Shown: piece after piece, positions 26,921 through 35,369 of the stretch
Position numbering within the stretch: position 1 is the first letter of the stretch
How the letters are laid out: every line of letters starts with the position of its first letter
Source of the DNA: Polyangiaceae bacterium
Lineage (GTDB): Bacteria; Myxococcota_A; Polyangia; Polyangiales; Polyangiaceae
DNA length: 38,693 nucleotides
Assembly: GCA_025934595.1 (NCBI GenBank)
Contig: JAICXU010000001.1
Span: 1-38,693 of the forward strand
Reading direction: 5' to 3'
Position numbers and translations under genes: made by a program
The notes under the pieces: generated by a model
Told to the model about the DNA's origin: nothing
The model's database searches: none
The model's input: the letters and a program-made list of their open reading frames with translations, nothing else

Positions 26921-27986
26921 GCAAGCGTTCTCGCGAATCAAAAATCTTTTGGGGCTTGCCGCTCGCAAGCGCCCGGAGGTCGGAGTCACGCCCGCGGACG
27001 TGGTCCATCGCGAGAACAAATGGTCTCTGCTTCATTATCGACGCGCGACGCCGGCGCGTTACAAAACACCTATTTTGTTCGTGCCGTCGCTCATCAATCG
27101 GCACTACGTGATGGATCTCGTGCCGGGCAAGAGCATGGCGGAGTGGCTCCTCGCGCAAGGCCACGACGTGTACTGCATCGACTGGGGCACTCCCGGCGAC
27201 GAGGATCGGTACCTGAGCTTCGACTCTATCTGCGACAAATATCTCGGTCGCGCGCTTCGCATTGCAGCAAAGAGCTCGCCGCGCGGCCAGGCCCATGTGC
27301 TCGGCTATTGCCTCGGCGGCACGCTGGCCGTCATCCACGCCGCTGCGCACCAAGAGAAAATCGCCTCGATGGCCCTTCTCGCGGCGCCCGTGAGCTTCAA
27401 AGACGAGGGGCCTCTCGCGGCGTGGACCCAATCGCCCGACTTCGATCCGGAGGCGATCACGCGTGCATGGGGAAATGCGCCGTGGCCGCTGCTTCAAAGT
27501 GCATTCCACATGCTGCGGCCGACGTTGAATCTCGCAAAGGCCATGCACCTCGTCGATCGCGCGTGGAACGACGAGTTCCTCGACGGCTTTCTCGCCGTGG
27601 AGACGTGGGGCAACGACAACGTGTCGTTCCCCGGCGCGGCGTTCGTTCGCTACATCGAGGATTTGTATCGAAAGGACGCGCTCGTGAACGGCGACATGAC
27701 GCTGTCCGGAAAGCCCGCGAAGCTGGAGTCGATCGCGTGTCCGCTCCTCGCGGTCACGTTCGAGCACGACAACATCGTGCCGTGGAGGAGCGCGGCGCTC
27801 GTCGTCGATCGCGTCGCATCGACCGACAAAACGCACGTGAAGCTCCCGGGCGGTCACGTCGGCGCGGTCGTGTCCAAGTCGGCGTCGAAAGGGCTCTGGC
27901 CCATGCTGTCGAAGTTCTTCGTCGATCACGAAGCGAGAGGCGTGAAGACGCGCGGCGCGCGGTCGGCTAACGTCGCTCGTCGATGA
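26913..27986 (+). CDS. phaC: Class III/IV-type PHA synthase catalytic subunit PhaC (copy 2), full Cys-Asp-His set present
   Basis: GYCLGG (Cys), FEHDNIVPW (Asp), [10 protein letters not shown] (His). Collinear with copy 1. Start is ATG 26913 (8-nt overlap with the ligase) or ATG 26886. Confidence 0.85.
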   Translation: MPEQAFSRIKNLLGLAARKRPEVGVTPADVVHRENKWSLLHYRRATPARYKTPILFVPSLINRHYVMDLVPGKSMAEWLLAQGHDVYCIDWGTPGDEDRYLSFDSICDKYLGRALRIAAKSSPRGQAHVLGYCLGGTLAVIHAAAHQEKIASMALLAAPVSFKDEGPLAAWTQSPDFDPEAITRAWGNAPWPLLQSAFHMLRPTLNLAKAMHLVDRAWNDEFLDGFLAVETWGNDNVSFPGAAFVRYIEDLYRKDALVNGDMTLSGKPAKLESIACPLLAVTFEHDNIVPWRSAALVVDRVASTDKTHVKLPGGHVGAVVSKSASKGLWPMLSKFFVDHEARGVKTRGARSANVARR

Positions 27987-28444
27987 CGATTTACATCTTC
28001 GGCTTCCTCATCGGATTCGTGGCCGGCCTGCGATCGATGACGCCGCTGGCGGCCGTGAGCATCGGCGCGTTCATCGGCCATCTCAAGGTCGACAAGTCCG
28101 CGGTCGCGTTTCTCGCCGAATCGCCGGCTCCTTACATTCTGAGCGCGCTCGCGCTCGTCGAGCTGGTGTTCGACAAGCTGCCGGTCACGCCGAGCCGGAA
28201 AGCGATCGGGCCATTTTTAGCGCGAATCGTGACAGGCGGTCTATCCGGCGCGGCCCTCGGCGCGGCGGGCGACGCTCTCCTCGGATGCGCGTTCGTCGCC
28301 GCTGCCGGCGCGGCGTTCGGCACGCTCGTCGGAGGCTCGGCACGCGCGAGCCTCGCGGCAGGGTTCCGAAAAGATTTTCCCGCTGCGCTCATCGAAGATG
28401 CGTTCGCGATCGGCGGCGCGGCGATGCTCGTCGCGCTGGCGTAG
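27983..28444 (+). CDS. DUF4126-like integral membrane protein
   Basis: ATG 27983 overlaps the phaC2 stop (ATGA). 153 aa, 4 hydrophobic helices. ELVFDKLPVTPSR resembles the DUF4126 signature as I recall it. Confidence 0.6.
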   Translation: MTIYIFGFLIGFVAGLRSMTPLAAVSIGAFIGHLKVDKSAVAFLAESPAPYILSALALVELVFDKLPVTPSRKAIGPFLARIVTGGLSGAALGAAGDALLGCAFVAAAGAAFGTLVGGSARASLAAGFRKDFPAALIEDAFAIGGAAMLVALA

Positions 28445-28455
28445 CGATCACGCGC

Positions 28456-29670
28456 TCATCCGAGCACGATGAGCGGTGCTTCGGCCGGACAGCCGACGCG
28501 AAATGGAAACCAGTGCCCCCAGCCGCTCGTCGTGTAGAGCGTCGATGCGCCGCGCTCGTAACGTCCCCACAAATATCCATCGGGAAAAAGCGGCTGGAAC
28601 GCGCTCTTGCCGTGAAAGCCGATCTGTCCTCCGTGCGTGTGTCCGGAGAGCGTGAGATCCACGTTTGCGTCGGCGGCGGGGATGAAGCCCTCCGGTCGAT
28701 GCGACATCAAGATCGAGAAGGCGCCGGACGGCCGATCGCGCATGGCTCGCTCGGTCCCCCGTCGCAGGAAGCCGTAGAAATCGCCGCCGGCCAGGAAGGG
28801 ATCGTCGATGCCGCCGAGATAGAGCGTGGACCCGCCGACACGAATCGGAACCCCCGCGTCGACGAGCAAATTCGCGCGCGCCTTCTCGAGGTAGCGACGC
28901 GCGACCGCAGCGTCGTGGATGTATTCGTGATTGCCGAGCGCCGAGAACACGCCGAGGCGCGGCTTCAATCTTCGCGCCGCTTCGATGGCGGGGCCGATCT
29001 GCGAGAGATCGTCGGCGACGTCTCCCGTGAAGAGAACGAGATCCGGCTGAATTCCGCGGTCGCCGAGGCGATCGACGAATTTGTCGAGATCGCACGCCTG
29101 CCGCGAGATCCCGAGATGCAGATCGCTGAGCTGCAGAATGGTGAGGCCTTGGAGGTCCTCGGGAAGCGAAGGCGCGTGCAACATGATGCGCGGGACCTCC
29201 GCCGGCGCGATCCCGTCGAGGAATCCCCGGGCGCTCACCCCCAAGGCGACGACGGGCGCTACCGCGGTGATCGCCCCGAGGACTTGTCGTCGCGTGACGG
29301 CGGATTCGTCGACGGATTTTTCCGGCCGCGACGACGCGCTCGCGGCGATCGGCGACGATTTTTTTCGAAGCAGCAAGGGCTTCGCGACCCCTCGCAAGAT
29401 CGCGGCGACGGGCAGGCTTGCCGCGACAATCATCGACGTCAGAAGACCGCAGACCGTGAGGCATGCTCCCGAGTAGCGAATCGGATACGTAGGTCCGAGC
29501 TGCCACATCGCGTGCGTGATGAAGAAGAAGCTCGCGAGCGCAGCGTAGAAAAGGATCATCCGCTTCGTGCGGAAGACGTCGCGCATCGCGATCGAGCCGA
29601 ACAGAAATGAGAGGGCGAGAAGAAGGATGGTGCCTTCCACGGAGTGCCGCCACACGATCGGGGGCATCAT
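28456..29670 (-). CDS. Membrane-anchored metallophosphoesterase (YkuE/YaeI-like calcineurin-fold)
   Basis: 404 aa. About 4 N-terminal TM helices, a twin-arginine-like TRRQVLGAITAV segment, then LSDLHLG, FTGD, GNHE and GHTHGGQ metallophosphoesterase motifs. Confidence 0.8.
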   Translation of the reverse strand: MMPPIVWRHSVEGTILLLALSFLFGSIAMRDVFRTKRMILFYAALASFFFITHAMWQLGPTYPIRYSGACLTVCGLLTSMIVAASLPVAAILRGVAKPLLLRKKSSPIAASASSRPEKSVDESAVTRRQVLGAITAVAPVVALGVSARGFLDGIAPAEVPRIMLHAPSLPEDLQGLTILQLSDLHLGISRQACDLDKFVDRLGDRGIQPDLVLFTGDVADDLSQIGPAIEAARRLKPRLGVFSALGNHEYIHDAAVARRYLEKARANLLVDAGVPIRVGGSTLYLGGIDDPFLAGGDFYGFLRRGTERAMRDRPSGAFSILMSHRPEGFIPAADANVDLTLSGHTHGGQIGFHGKSAFQPLFPDGYLWGRYERGASTLYTTSGWGHWFPFRVGCPAEAPLIVLG

Positions 29671-29822
29671 GATTCACCTATATTTTGGCTGTATTTGTCG
29701 TATTCCGCGCGAAGGATGCGGTCGGCCTCTTCTTCTTCGACGCTGCGCGAGAAGCGCCGGATCGCAAGCACGCAGACCACGACGACGACGCCGAGAGCGA
29801 TGAAGCCGAACGCGAGGATCAT
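29667..29822 (-). CDS. 51-aa single-pass membrane protein (not listed as its own ORF in the track)
   Basis: MILAFGFIALGVVVVVCVLAIRRFSRSVEEEEADRILRAEYDKYSQNIGES. Its ATG overlaps the upstream stop (ATGA at 29819-29822) and its stop overlaps the downstream ATG (ATGA at 29667-29670). It is the only non-Arg-rich part of tracked ORF 29667..30326. Confidence 0.6.
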   Translation of the reverse strand: MILAFGFIALGVVVVVCVLAIRRFSRSVEEEEADRILRAEYDKYSQNIGES

Positions 29823-30466
29823 GGCTCCTGGCTTTCGCTCGAAGGCTGCGATAGCGCGTCGATGCCGTGACCGATGCTCGTGCGCTGACCGAAGAGCGGA
29901 TGCGACAGCGACGCGAGCTGGACGATCGCGGCGCCCTGCAACAAAACCAAAAGCACCACCGGCACGATCAACGCGCCGGCCGACGCTCCTCTTCCGACGA
30001 GCTTCGCGTTCGCACGCACGAACACCGCGGCGCCGACCACGAACGCCAGAAACGCGGACGCCGGACCGACGGCGCTCCCGACGAGCGAGCTCGATTGTTG
30101 ATAGATCGCGACGAGCGGCGAGAGCAGAAGCAACGCCGTGCATCCGGCGAATGCGGACGAAACGTAAGCGAGAAGAAGGTCGGTGACGCGCAAGGAGGAC
30201 GACGTGAGCTTCGCGACGAAGAGCGCGAGCGGCAAAGACGCGAGCGCGGAGGCCGTGATCAACATCGGCACCGTGAGCACGTTCGCGATCGACAGATGAC
30301 CGTGCGCACCGACGACGACGCCCCACATCGCCGACGCGCCGAGCGCGAGAAGAGCGGCGACAGCGGTGGCGAGCAGCTTGTGCGACGAAGATTCATCTTT
30401 CAGGAAATCCGGCGAGGCGGCGCGAGGTCCGACGAAATCGAAGAGTCGAGAAACGATCGTTTGCAT
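29819..30466 (-). CDS. Polytopic membrane protein (5-6 TM), function unknown
   Basis: ATG 30466 is preceded by GGAGG (cccacGGAGGaaacATG). Product MQTIVSRLFDFVG... has several Ala/Leu/Val-rich helices. The tracked start at 30544 adds 26 Arg-rich residues. Confidence 0.65.
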   Translation of the reverse strand: MQTIVSRLFDFVGPRAASPDFLKDESSSHKLLATAVAALLALGASAMWGVVVGAHGHLSIANVLTVPMLITASALASLPLALFVAKLTSSSLRVTDLLLAYVSSAFAGCTALLLLSPLVAIYQQSSSLVGSAVGPASAFLAFVVGAAVFVRANAKLVGRGASAGALIVPVVLLVLLQGAAIVQLASLSHPLFGQRTSIGHGIDALSQPSSESQEP

Positions 30467-30527
30467 GTTTCCTCCGTGGGTTCGAAGAGCACGATGGCGC
30501 GCGCGATCGAACGGAGCGCAAAAACGC

Positions 30528-30567
30528 GGTGAAACACGCGTCAATTGCGTGTGAACACGGTGTGAAC
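30528..30567 (-). promoter_or_regulatory. Three phased direct repeats (GGTGAAAC / GTGTGAAC / GTGTGAAC; spacing 21 and 11 nt): candidate OmpR-family response-regulator binding site
   Basis: Located in the 104-nt gap between the kinase stop (30571) and the membrane-protein start (30466). The unit GTGAA(A)C(A)CGCGTCA also occurs twice. Confidence 0.4.
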
Positions 30568-30570
30568 GCG

Positions 30571-32052
30571 TCAGCTCGTGACGGCGCGTGGCAAAGACAC
30601 CGTGAACGTCGTGCCCTTTTCGCGCGCGGAAGACACGCTCACCGACCCGCCGTGCGCTTCGGCGACCGCCTTCACGAGGGCGAGGCCGAGCCCGCTGCCG
30701 TGCTCTCTCCCGCGTGTCGTGAAGAAGCGATCGAAGACGCGCGGCAAATCCGCCTCGTCGATGCCCGGGCCTTCGTCACGCACGAGGACGACGACGCGAT
30801 CCTCGGCGGATTTTACTTCGACGTTCACATGCACGCCGGGCTTCGAGAACGAGGCCGCATTGGCGATGAGCTCGCGGAAAAGCGACTCGAGACGATAGTC
30901 GACGCCGCGCACGACGACGTCTCGATCGGGCGCGACGACTTCGAATGCGATGCCGCGATAGCGCTCGTCGTCGGCGGCGCTGCGCGTGAGCCCTTGCAGG
31001 AGCGCTCCGACGTCGACCACGGCGCGGGCCTCGTTCGGCATGCCCGCCTCGGCCCGAGCGAGCTCGAGAAACTGCGTGACGAGACGATCCATTTTTCCGG
31101 TGCTGTCGCGGAGCACGCGGGAAATGCGCGCGGCGCGCTCTTCGGTCAGATCCGCAGTGACGCTGTCGGCGGTCGCGCGCACGGCCGCGACCGGATTTTT
31201 CAGCTCGTGCACGAGGTCGGCGATGAACGCCTCATTTTCTCGGCGTTTCGTGTCGAGCGTGCCGAGCAGCTCGTTCAATGCGTTCGCGAGATCCCCCACT
31301 TCGTCGGCATGGCGATACGAGAGCGCGACGTTGCGGGTGGCGAGCGACGACTGCGCGAGCGCCTCGGTGCGCAGCTCCTCGAGCGGACGCACGACGCGAC
31401 GACTCATGTAGAATGCAAGTATCGCGGCGAGCGGCACGGTGACGAGCGCGATCCGTACGAGCTGATAGCGGAGCGCATACACCGTCTGCACGGCGCGCAG
31501 CGAGCTGCGCTGCGCGAGCGCCACGTCCGAGCTGGCATGCGATGCGGGCGCTGCGCGCAGCACGGCTTGGCAGAACACCAACCCGACGTACTGGCATCCG
31601 ACGTGCGGAAGATCGGTCGCCGCCGTACGTACCTCGGCGCGATCGGCGGGCGCTCCCATCGTGTCGTCGAGCTCCGCGAGCGAAGGGGGATGCTGATCGC
31701 CGAGAAAAAAAGCCTCGAATCGATCGAACGGATCGGCGGGGTCCTCGTAGTCGCGATCAAACCAAACCGTACCGCCCGGTCCGACCATGCGCAAACGAAC
31801 GTGCTCACGGCGCGCGAGCCGGTCGAGCGACGCGTCGCGATCGGCCGCGTTCGACGTCTTCGCGTCGATGGCCGCGGCTTCGACGACGGCATTGCGCACC
31901 GACGTCCACAAGTGACCGGGCACGTTCCGATCGACTTGGCTCCAGGCGACGAGAAATAACTGCGGTGCTACTGCGACGGCGAGGACGACGAGCACCACGC
32001 GCACGCGCAGCGAAAAGCGCCGCCGTAATCGAGGCTCGGTCAGCGGCGCCAA
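30571..32052 (-). CDS. Sensor histidine kinase (periplasmic sensor, HisKA, HATPase_c)
   Basis: N-terminal TM VVLVVLAVAVAP and a second TM VTVPLAAILAFY. H-box LVHELKNPVAAV. N, G1 and G2 boxes (ELIANAASF, DEGPGI, GSGLGLALV). TTG start overlaps the regulator gene by 13 nt. Confidence 0.88.
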   Translation of the reverse strand: MAPLTEPRLRRRFSLRVRVVLVVLAVAVAPQLFLVAWSQVDRNVPGHLWTSVRNAVVEAAAIDAKTSNAADRDASLDRLARREHVRLRMVGPGGTVWFDRDYEDPADPFDRFEAFFLGDQHPPSLAELDDTMGAPADRAEVRTAATDLPHVGCQYVGLVFCQAVLRAAPASHASSDVALAQRSSLRAVQTVYALRYQLVRIALVTVPLAAILAFYMSRRVVRPLEELRTEALAQSSLATRNVALSYRHADEVGDLANALNELLGTLDTKRRENEAFIADLVHELKNPVAAVRATADSVTADLTEERAARISRVLRDSTGKMDRLVTQFLELARAEAGMPNEARAVVDVGALLQGLTRSAADDERYRGIAFEVVAPDRDVVVRGVDYRLESLFRELIANAASFSKPGVHVNVEVKSAEDRVVVLVRDEGPGIDEADLPRVFDRFFTTRGREHGSGLGLALVKAVAEAHGGSVSVSSAREKGTTFTVSLPRAVTS

Positions 32053-32729
32053 CGATATCCGGCTCCGACGACCGTCTCGAGATCTGCGAAGCTCGCGTCA
32101 ATCGTCTCGATTTTCTTCCGCAGGCGTCGCACGTACGTGTCGACGATGCGATCGGCGACGACCGAGTCGTCTCCGCGCACGAGCTCGAGCAAACGCGTCC
32201 GCGAGAGGACGATGCCGGGCCGCGACGCGAGCGCTTCGAGCATGCGAAATTCGGTGAGCGTCAAGGTCAGCGCCGCGCCGGCGTATTTCGCCTCGAGACA
32301 ATCGGAGTCGAGCGTGAGCTTTCCGAGCGCGACGTGCGAGACATCGCCGCGCTTGGCCGTGCGGAGCGATTCGCGGCGCAAAAGAGCGGAAATTCGCGCG
32401 AGAAGAATGCGGGTGTGGAATGGCTTCGTGACGTAATCGTCCGCACCGAGCTCGAGACCGAGCGCTTCGTCGATCTCGGAGTCGCGCGACGTGAGAAGAA
32501 CGATGGGAACGTCGATCTTCCGATCGCGCAGGCGCTTGCAAAGCGCGAAGCCGTCGAGGCCGGGCATCGTGATGTCGGAGACGATGACGTCGGGCTTTTC
32601 GCGCTCGGCCGCGGCGAGACCTTCGATGCCGTCGGTCGCGGTCACGATCTCGTGCCGTTCGTTCTCGAGCGCGAGGGAAAGCGCGTCCAAAAGCGCGCGA
32701 TCGTCGTCGACGAGGAGAACTTTCGCCAT
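32040..32729 (-). CDS. OmpR/PhoB-family response regulator
   Basis: MAKVLLVDDD...DVIVSDITMPGLDG receiver domain, plus a winged-helix C-terminus (LTLTEFRMLEAL...VDTYVRRLRKKIE...GAGYRW). ATG 32729 is preceded by AGGA; the tracked TTG at 32735 is an alternative. Confidence 0.9.
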   Translation of the reverse strand: MAKVLLVDDDRALLDALSLALENERHEIVTATDGIEGLAAAEREKPDVIVSDITMPGLDGFALCKRLRDRKIDVPIVLLTSRDSEIDEALGLELGADDYVTKPFHTRILLARISALLRRESLRTAKRGDVSHVALGKLTLDSDCLEAKYAGAALTLTLTEFRMLEALASRPGIVLSRTRLLELVRGDDSVVADRIVDTYVRRLRKKIETIDASFADLETVVGAGYRWRR

Positions 32730-32765
32730 GGCCAATCCTACACATTCTCTGCGAGAGTCTCATCG

Positions 32766-33947
32766 ATGACGCAAGAGAGGCCGGTCGCAGGCGCATCGAC
32801 GCGCAACACGTCGATCGACCTTCTGCGTGGCCTCGCCATGATCGTGATGGCGCTCGATCACGTGCGTGATTTTTTCGCGTCGAAGCCCTACGAGCCGACC
32901 GACCTCGATCACACGACGCCCGCGCTCTTCTTCACGCGTTGGGTGACGCATTATTGCGCGCCCATTTTCGTATTTCTCGCCGGCACCGCGGCGTGGCTCT
33001 CGCGATCGAAGAAGAGCGACGCCGAGCTCACGCGCTTTCTCGTGACGCGCGGCATTTGGCTCGTGGTGCTCGAGGTCACCGCGAACAATTTTTTCTGGTC
33101 GTTCCGTTCGCCATTCAGCTTCGTCGTCTTGCAGGTTTTGTGGGCGCTCGGCGTCTCGATGGTGGTCCTCGCCGCCGTCGTGCGCATGCCGGTGAAGGTC
33201 ATCGCGGTGATCGGCGCCGCGCTCGTCGTCTTCCACGATGCGCTCGACCACGTCCATCCATTTCCGACAGGGCCTTCGCACGTCGCGTGGTCGATGTTTC
33301 ACGAGCGCGATTGGGATTTGCCGGCGTTCGGCACGCACGTCGCGCTCGTCTACCCCATCGTGCCGTGGTGCGGCGTGATGATGCTCGGCTACGCGTTCGG
33401 CGCTTTTTTCCGGTCGCGCTCGACCGAGCACCGCGCGCGCGACGTGCTGCGTGTCGGCGTCGCGATCACCCTATTTTTCGTGGTGCTCCGCGCATCGAAC
33501 GTCTACGGCGATCCGAAGCCGTGGGAGCATCGCGCGGGCATCGGCGCGCTTCTCTCGTTTCTCGACTGCGAAAAATATCCGCCGTCGCTTTGTTACCTCG
33601 CGATGACCCTCGGCCCCGCGCTCGTGCTCCTCGCGATCTTCGATCGAACGCGCGTCGGCGATTCGAATCCGCTCGCGCAGATGGTCGTCATCTACGGACG
33701 CGTGCCGATGTTCTACTACTTGATTCACGTGCTCCTCATCCACCTCGCGTCGAACGCGATTTTTTACGAAGAGCATCACGTGTGGCGTGCGACATTTTTC
33801 GGCCCGAATAGGCTCGATATCGGTTTGCCGTGGGCCTACGTCGCGTGGGTCGCGATCGTGGCCGGCCTCTACCTCCCCTGCCGCTCGTACGCCGATTTGA
33901 AATTCAGCGCGTGGGGCAAGAAGCAATGGTGGCTGTCGTATCTGTAA
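32766..33947 (+). CDS. DUF1624 / heparan-alpha-glucosaminide N-acetyltransferase-like polytopic membrane protein
   Basis: ATG 32766. RNTSIDLLRGLAMIVMALDHVRDFF and about 9 TM helices are typical of the acyltransferase-like DUF1624 family. The upstream 408 codons of the tracked ORF are antisense to the two-component genes. Confidence 0.7.
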   Translation: MTQERPVAGASTRNTSIDLLRGLAMIVMALDHVRDFFASKPYEPTDLDHTTPALFFTRWVTHYCAPIFVFLAGTAAWLSRSKKSDAELTRFLVTRGIWLVVLEVTANNFFWSFRSPFSFVVLQVLWALGVSMVVLAAVVRMPVKVIAVIGAALVVFHDALDHVHPFPTGPSHVAWSMFHERDWDLPAFGTHVALVYPIVPWCGVMMLGYAFGAFFRSRSTEHRARDVLRVGVAITLFFVVLRASNVYGDPKPWEHRAGIGALLSFLDCEKYPPSLCYLAMTLGPALVLLAIFDRTRVGDSNPLAQMVVIYGRVPMFYYLIHVLLIHLASNAIFYEEHHVWRATFFGPNRLDIGLPWAYVAWVAIVAGLYLPCRSYADLKFSAWGKKQWWLSYL

Positions 33948-34037
33948 TTTCCCTCGCGTCCGAAGGACGTTCGGCGAAGTCAGGCGAGGCCTCGCGCCGA
34001 AAGCGAAGCCCCGCCTTCTCGTTGAGACCTAAAGCCG

Positions 34038-35369
34038 TCAGTACCGATAGTGGTCCGGCTTGAACGGTCCTTCGACCGGCACGCCGAGGTACGCCGCCTG
34101 CTCCTTCGTGAGCTTCGTCAGCTCGACGCCGAGCTTCGGCAAATGGAGCGCCGCGACTTTTTCGTCGAGGTGCTTCGGGAGCACGTGCACGCCGAGCGGA
34201 TATTTCTGAGGCTCGGTCCAGAGCGCGATCTGCGCGAGCGTCTGGTTCGTGAACGACGAGCTCATGACGAACGACGGATGTCCGTTCGCGCAGCCGAGGT
34301 TGACGAGACGACCGCGCGCGAGGAGCGTGATGCGCTTGCCGTCCGGGAAGACGAACTGGTCGACTTGCGGCTTCACGTTCTCTTCTTTGATCTCCGGGTT
34401 TTTCTCGAGCCACGCGACGTCGATCTCGCAGTCGAAGTGACCGATGTTGCAGACGATGGCTTGGTCTTTCATCGCCTTCAAGTGCTCGGCGCGGATGATC
34501 CCCATGCAGCCCGTCGCCGTGACGAAGATGTCGCCGCGCGGAGCCGCTTTTTCCATCGTCGTGACCTCGTAACCTTCCATCGCGGCTTGCAGCGCGATGA
34601 TCGGATCGATTTCGGTGATGAGCACGCGTGCGCCGAGACCGCGGAGCGACTGCGCGCAGCCCTTGCCGACGTCGCCGTAACCCGCGACGACGGCGACCTT
34701 GCCCGCGAACATGACGCCGGTCGCGCGCTTCAATCCGTCGCCGAGCGATTCACGGCAGCCGTAGAGATTGTCGAACTTCGATTTCGTGACCGAGTCGTTG
34801 ACGTTGATCGCGGGGACCATGAGCTCACCCTTCTTGTGCATGTCGTAGAGACGGTGCACGCCCGTCGTGGTCTCTTCCGAGATGCCGCGGACGGGATCGT
34901 TGCCGGTGAAGAGCTCGGGATGTTTCTTGTGCGCGATGAGCGTGAGATCGCCGCCGTCGTCCAAGATCATGTTCGGACCTTTTCCGCCCGCGAATGCTTT
35001 GAGCTGCATCTCGATGCAGTCGTCGTATTCGGCTTCCGTTTCGCCCTTCCATGCGAAGACGGGGACACCGGTCACCGCGATCGCCGCGGCAGCTTGATCT
35101 TGCGTCGAGTAGATGTTGCACGAGGTCCACGTGACCTCGGCGCCGAGCGCAGTGAGCGTCTCGATGAGGACCGCGGTCTGCGTCGTCATGTGAAGACAGC
35201 CAGCGATGCGCGCGCCCTTCAGCGGCTTCGAGGTTCCGTATTCCTTGCGGAGCGCCATGAGGCCGGGCATCTCGCTCTCGGCGATCGCGATCTCTTTGCG
35301 ACCCCAGTCGGCGAGCTTGATGTCGCGAACCTTGTAGTTTTTCCCAGTCGAAAATGAGCCGTCAGCCAT
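34038..35369 (-). CDS. ahcY: Adenosylhomocysteinase
   Basis: 443 aa. [30 protein letters not shown]-terminus, NAD site [16 protein letters not shown]-terminal ...[10 protein letters not shown]. Confidence 0.95.
   Translation of the reverse strand: MADGSFSTGKNYKVRDIKLADWGRKEIAIAESEMPGLMALRKEYGTSKPLKGARIAGCLHMTTQTAVLIETLTALGAEVTWTSCNIYSTQDQAAAAIAVTGVPVFAWKGETEAEYDDCIEMQLKAFAGGKGPNMILDDGGDLTLIAHKKHPELFTGNDPVRGISEETTTGVHRLYDMHKKGELMVPAINVNDSVTKSKFDNLYGCRESLGDGLKRATGVMFAGKVAVVAGYGDVGKGCAQSLRGLGARVLITEIDPIIALQAAMEGYEVTTMEKAAPRGDIFVTATGCMGIIRAEHLKAMKDQAIVCNIGHFDCEIDVAWLEKNPEIKEENVKPQVDQFVFPDGKRITLLARGRLVNLGCANGHPSFVMSSSFTNQTLAQIALWTEPQKYPLGVHVLPKHLDEKVAALHLPKLGVELTKLTKEQAAYLGVPVEGPFKPDHYRY

Noticed and set aside
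28285-29677. ORFs 28285..29610 (+) and 28448..29677 (-), 441 and 409 aa
   Set aside because: Both overlap the metallophosphoesterase frame (28456..29670), which carries the LSDLHLG, GNHE and GHTHGG motifs. The alternatives are Arg-rich with no motifs.
29667-30326. 219-aa ORF treated as a single gene
   Set aside because: Its first 168 residues are an Arg-rich out-of-frame reading of the polytopic membrane protein gene. Only the last 51 codons (29667..29822), bounded by two ATGA overlaps, look genuine.
33948-34037. Intrinsic terminator between the DUF1624-like gene and ahcY (CCGAA-GGACG-TTCGG at 33960-33974; palindrome GCGAGGCCTCGC at 33985-33996)
   Set aside because: The stems are only 4-6 bp and there is no U-tract on either strand. 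The evidence is too weak to report as a feature.
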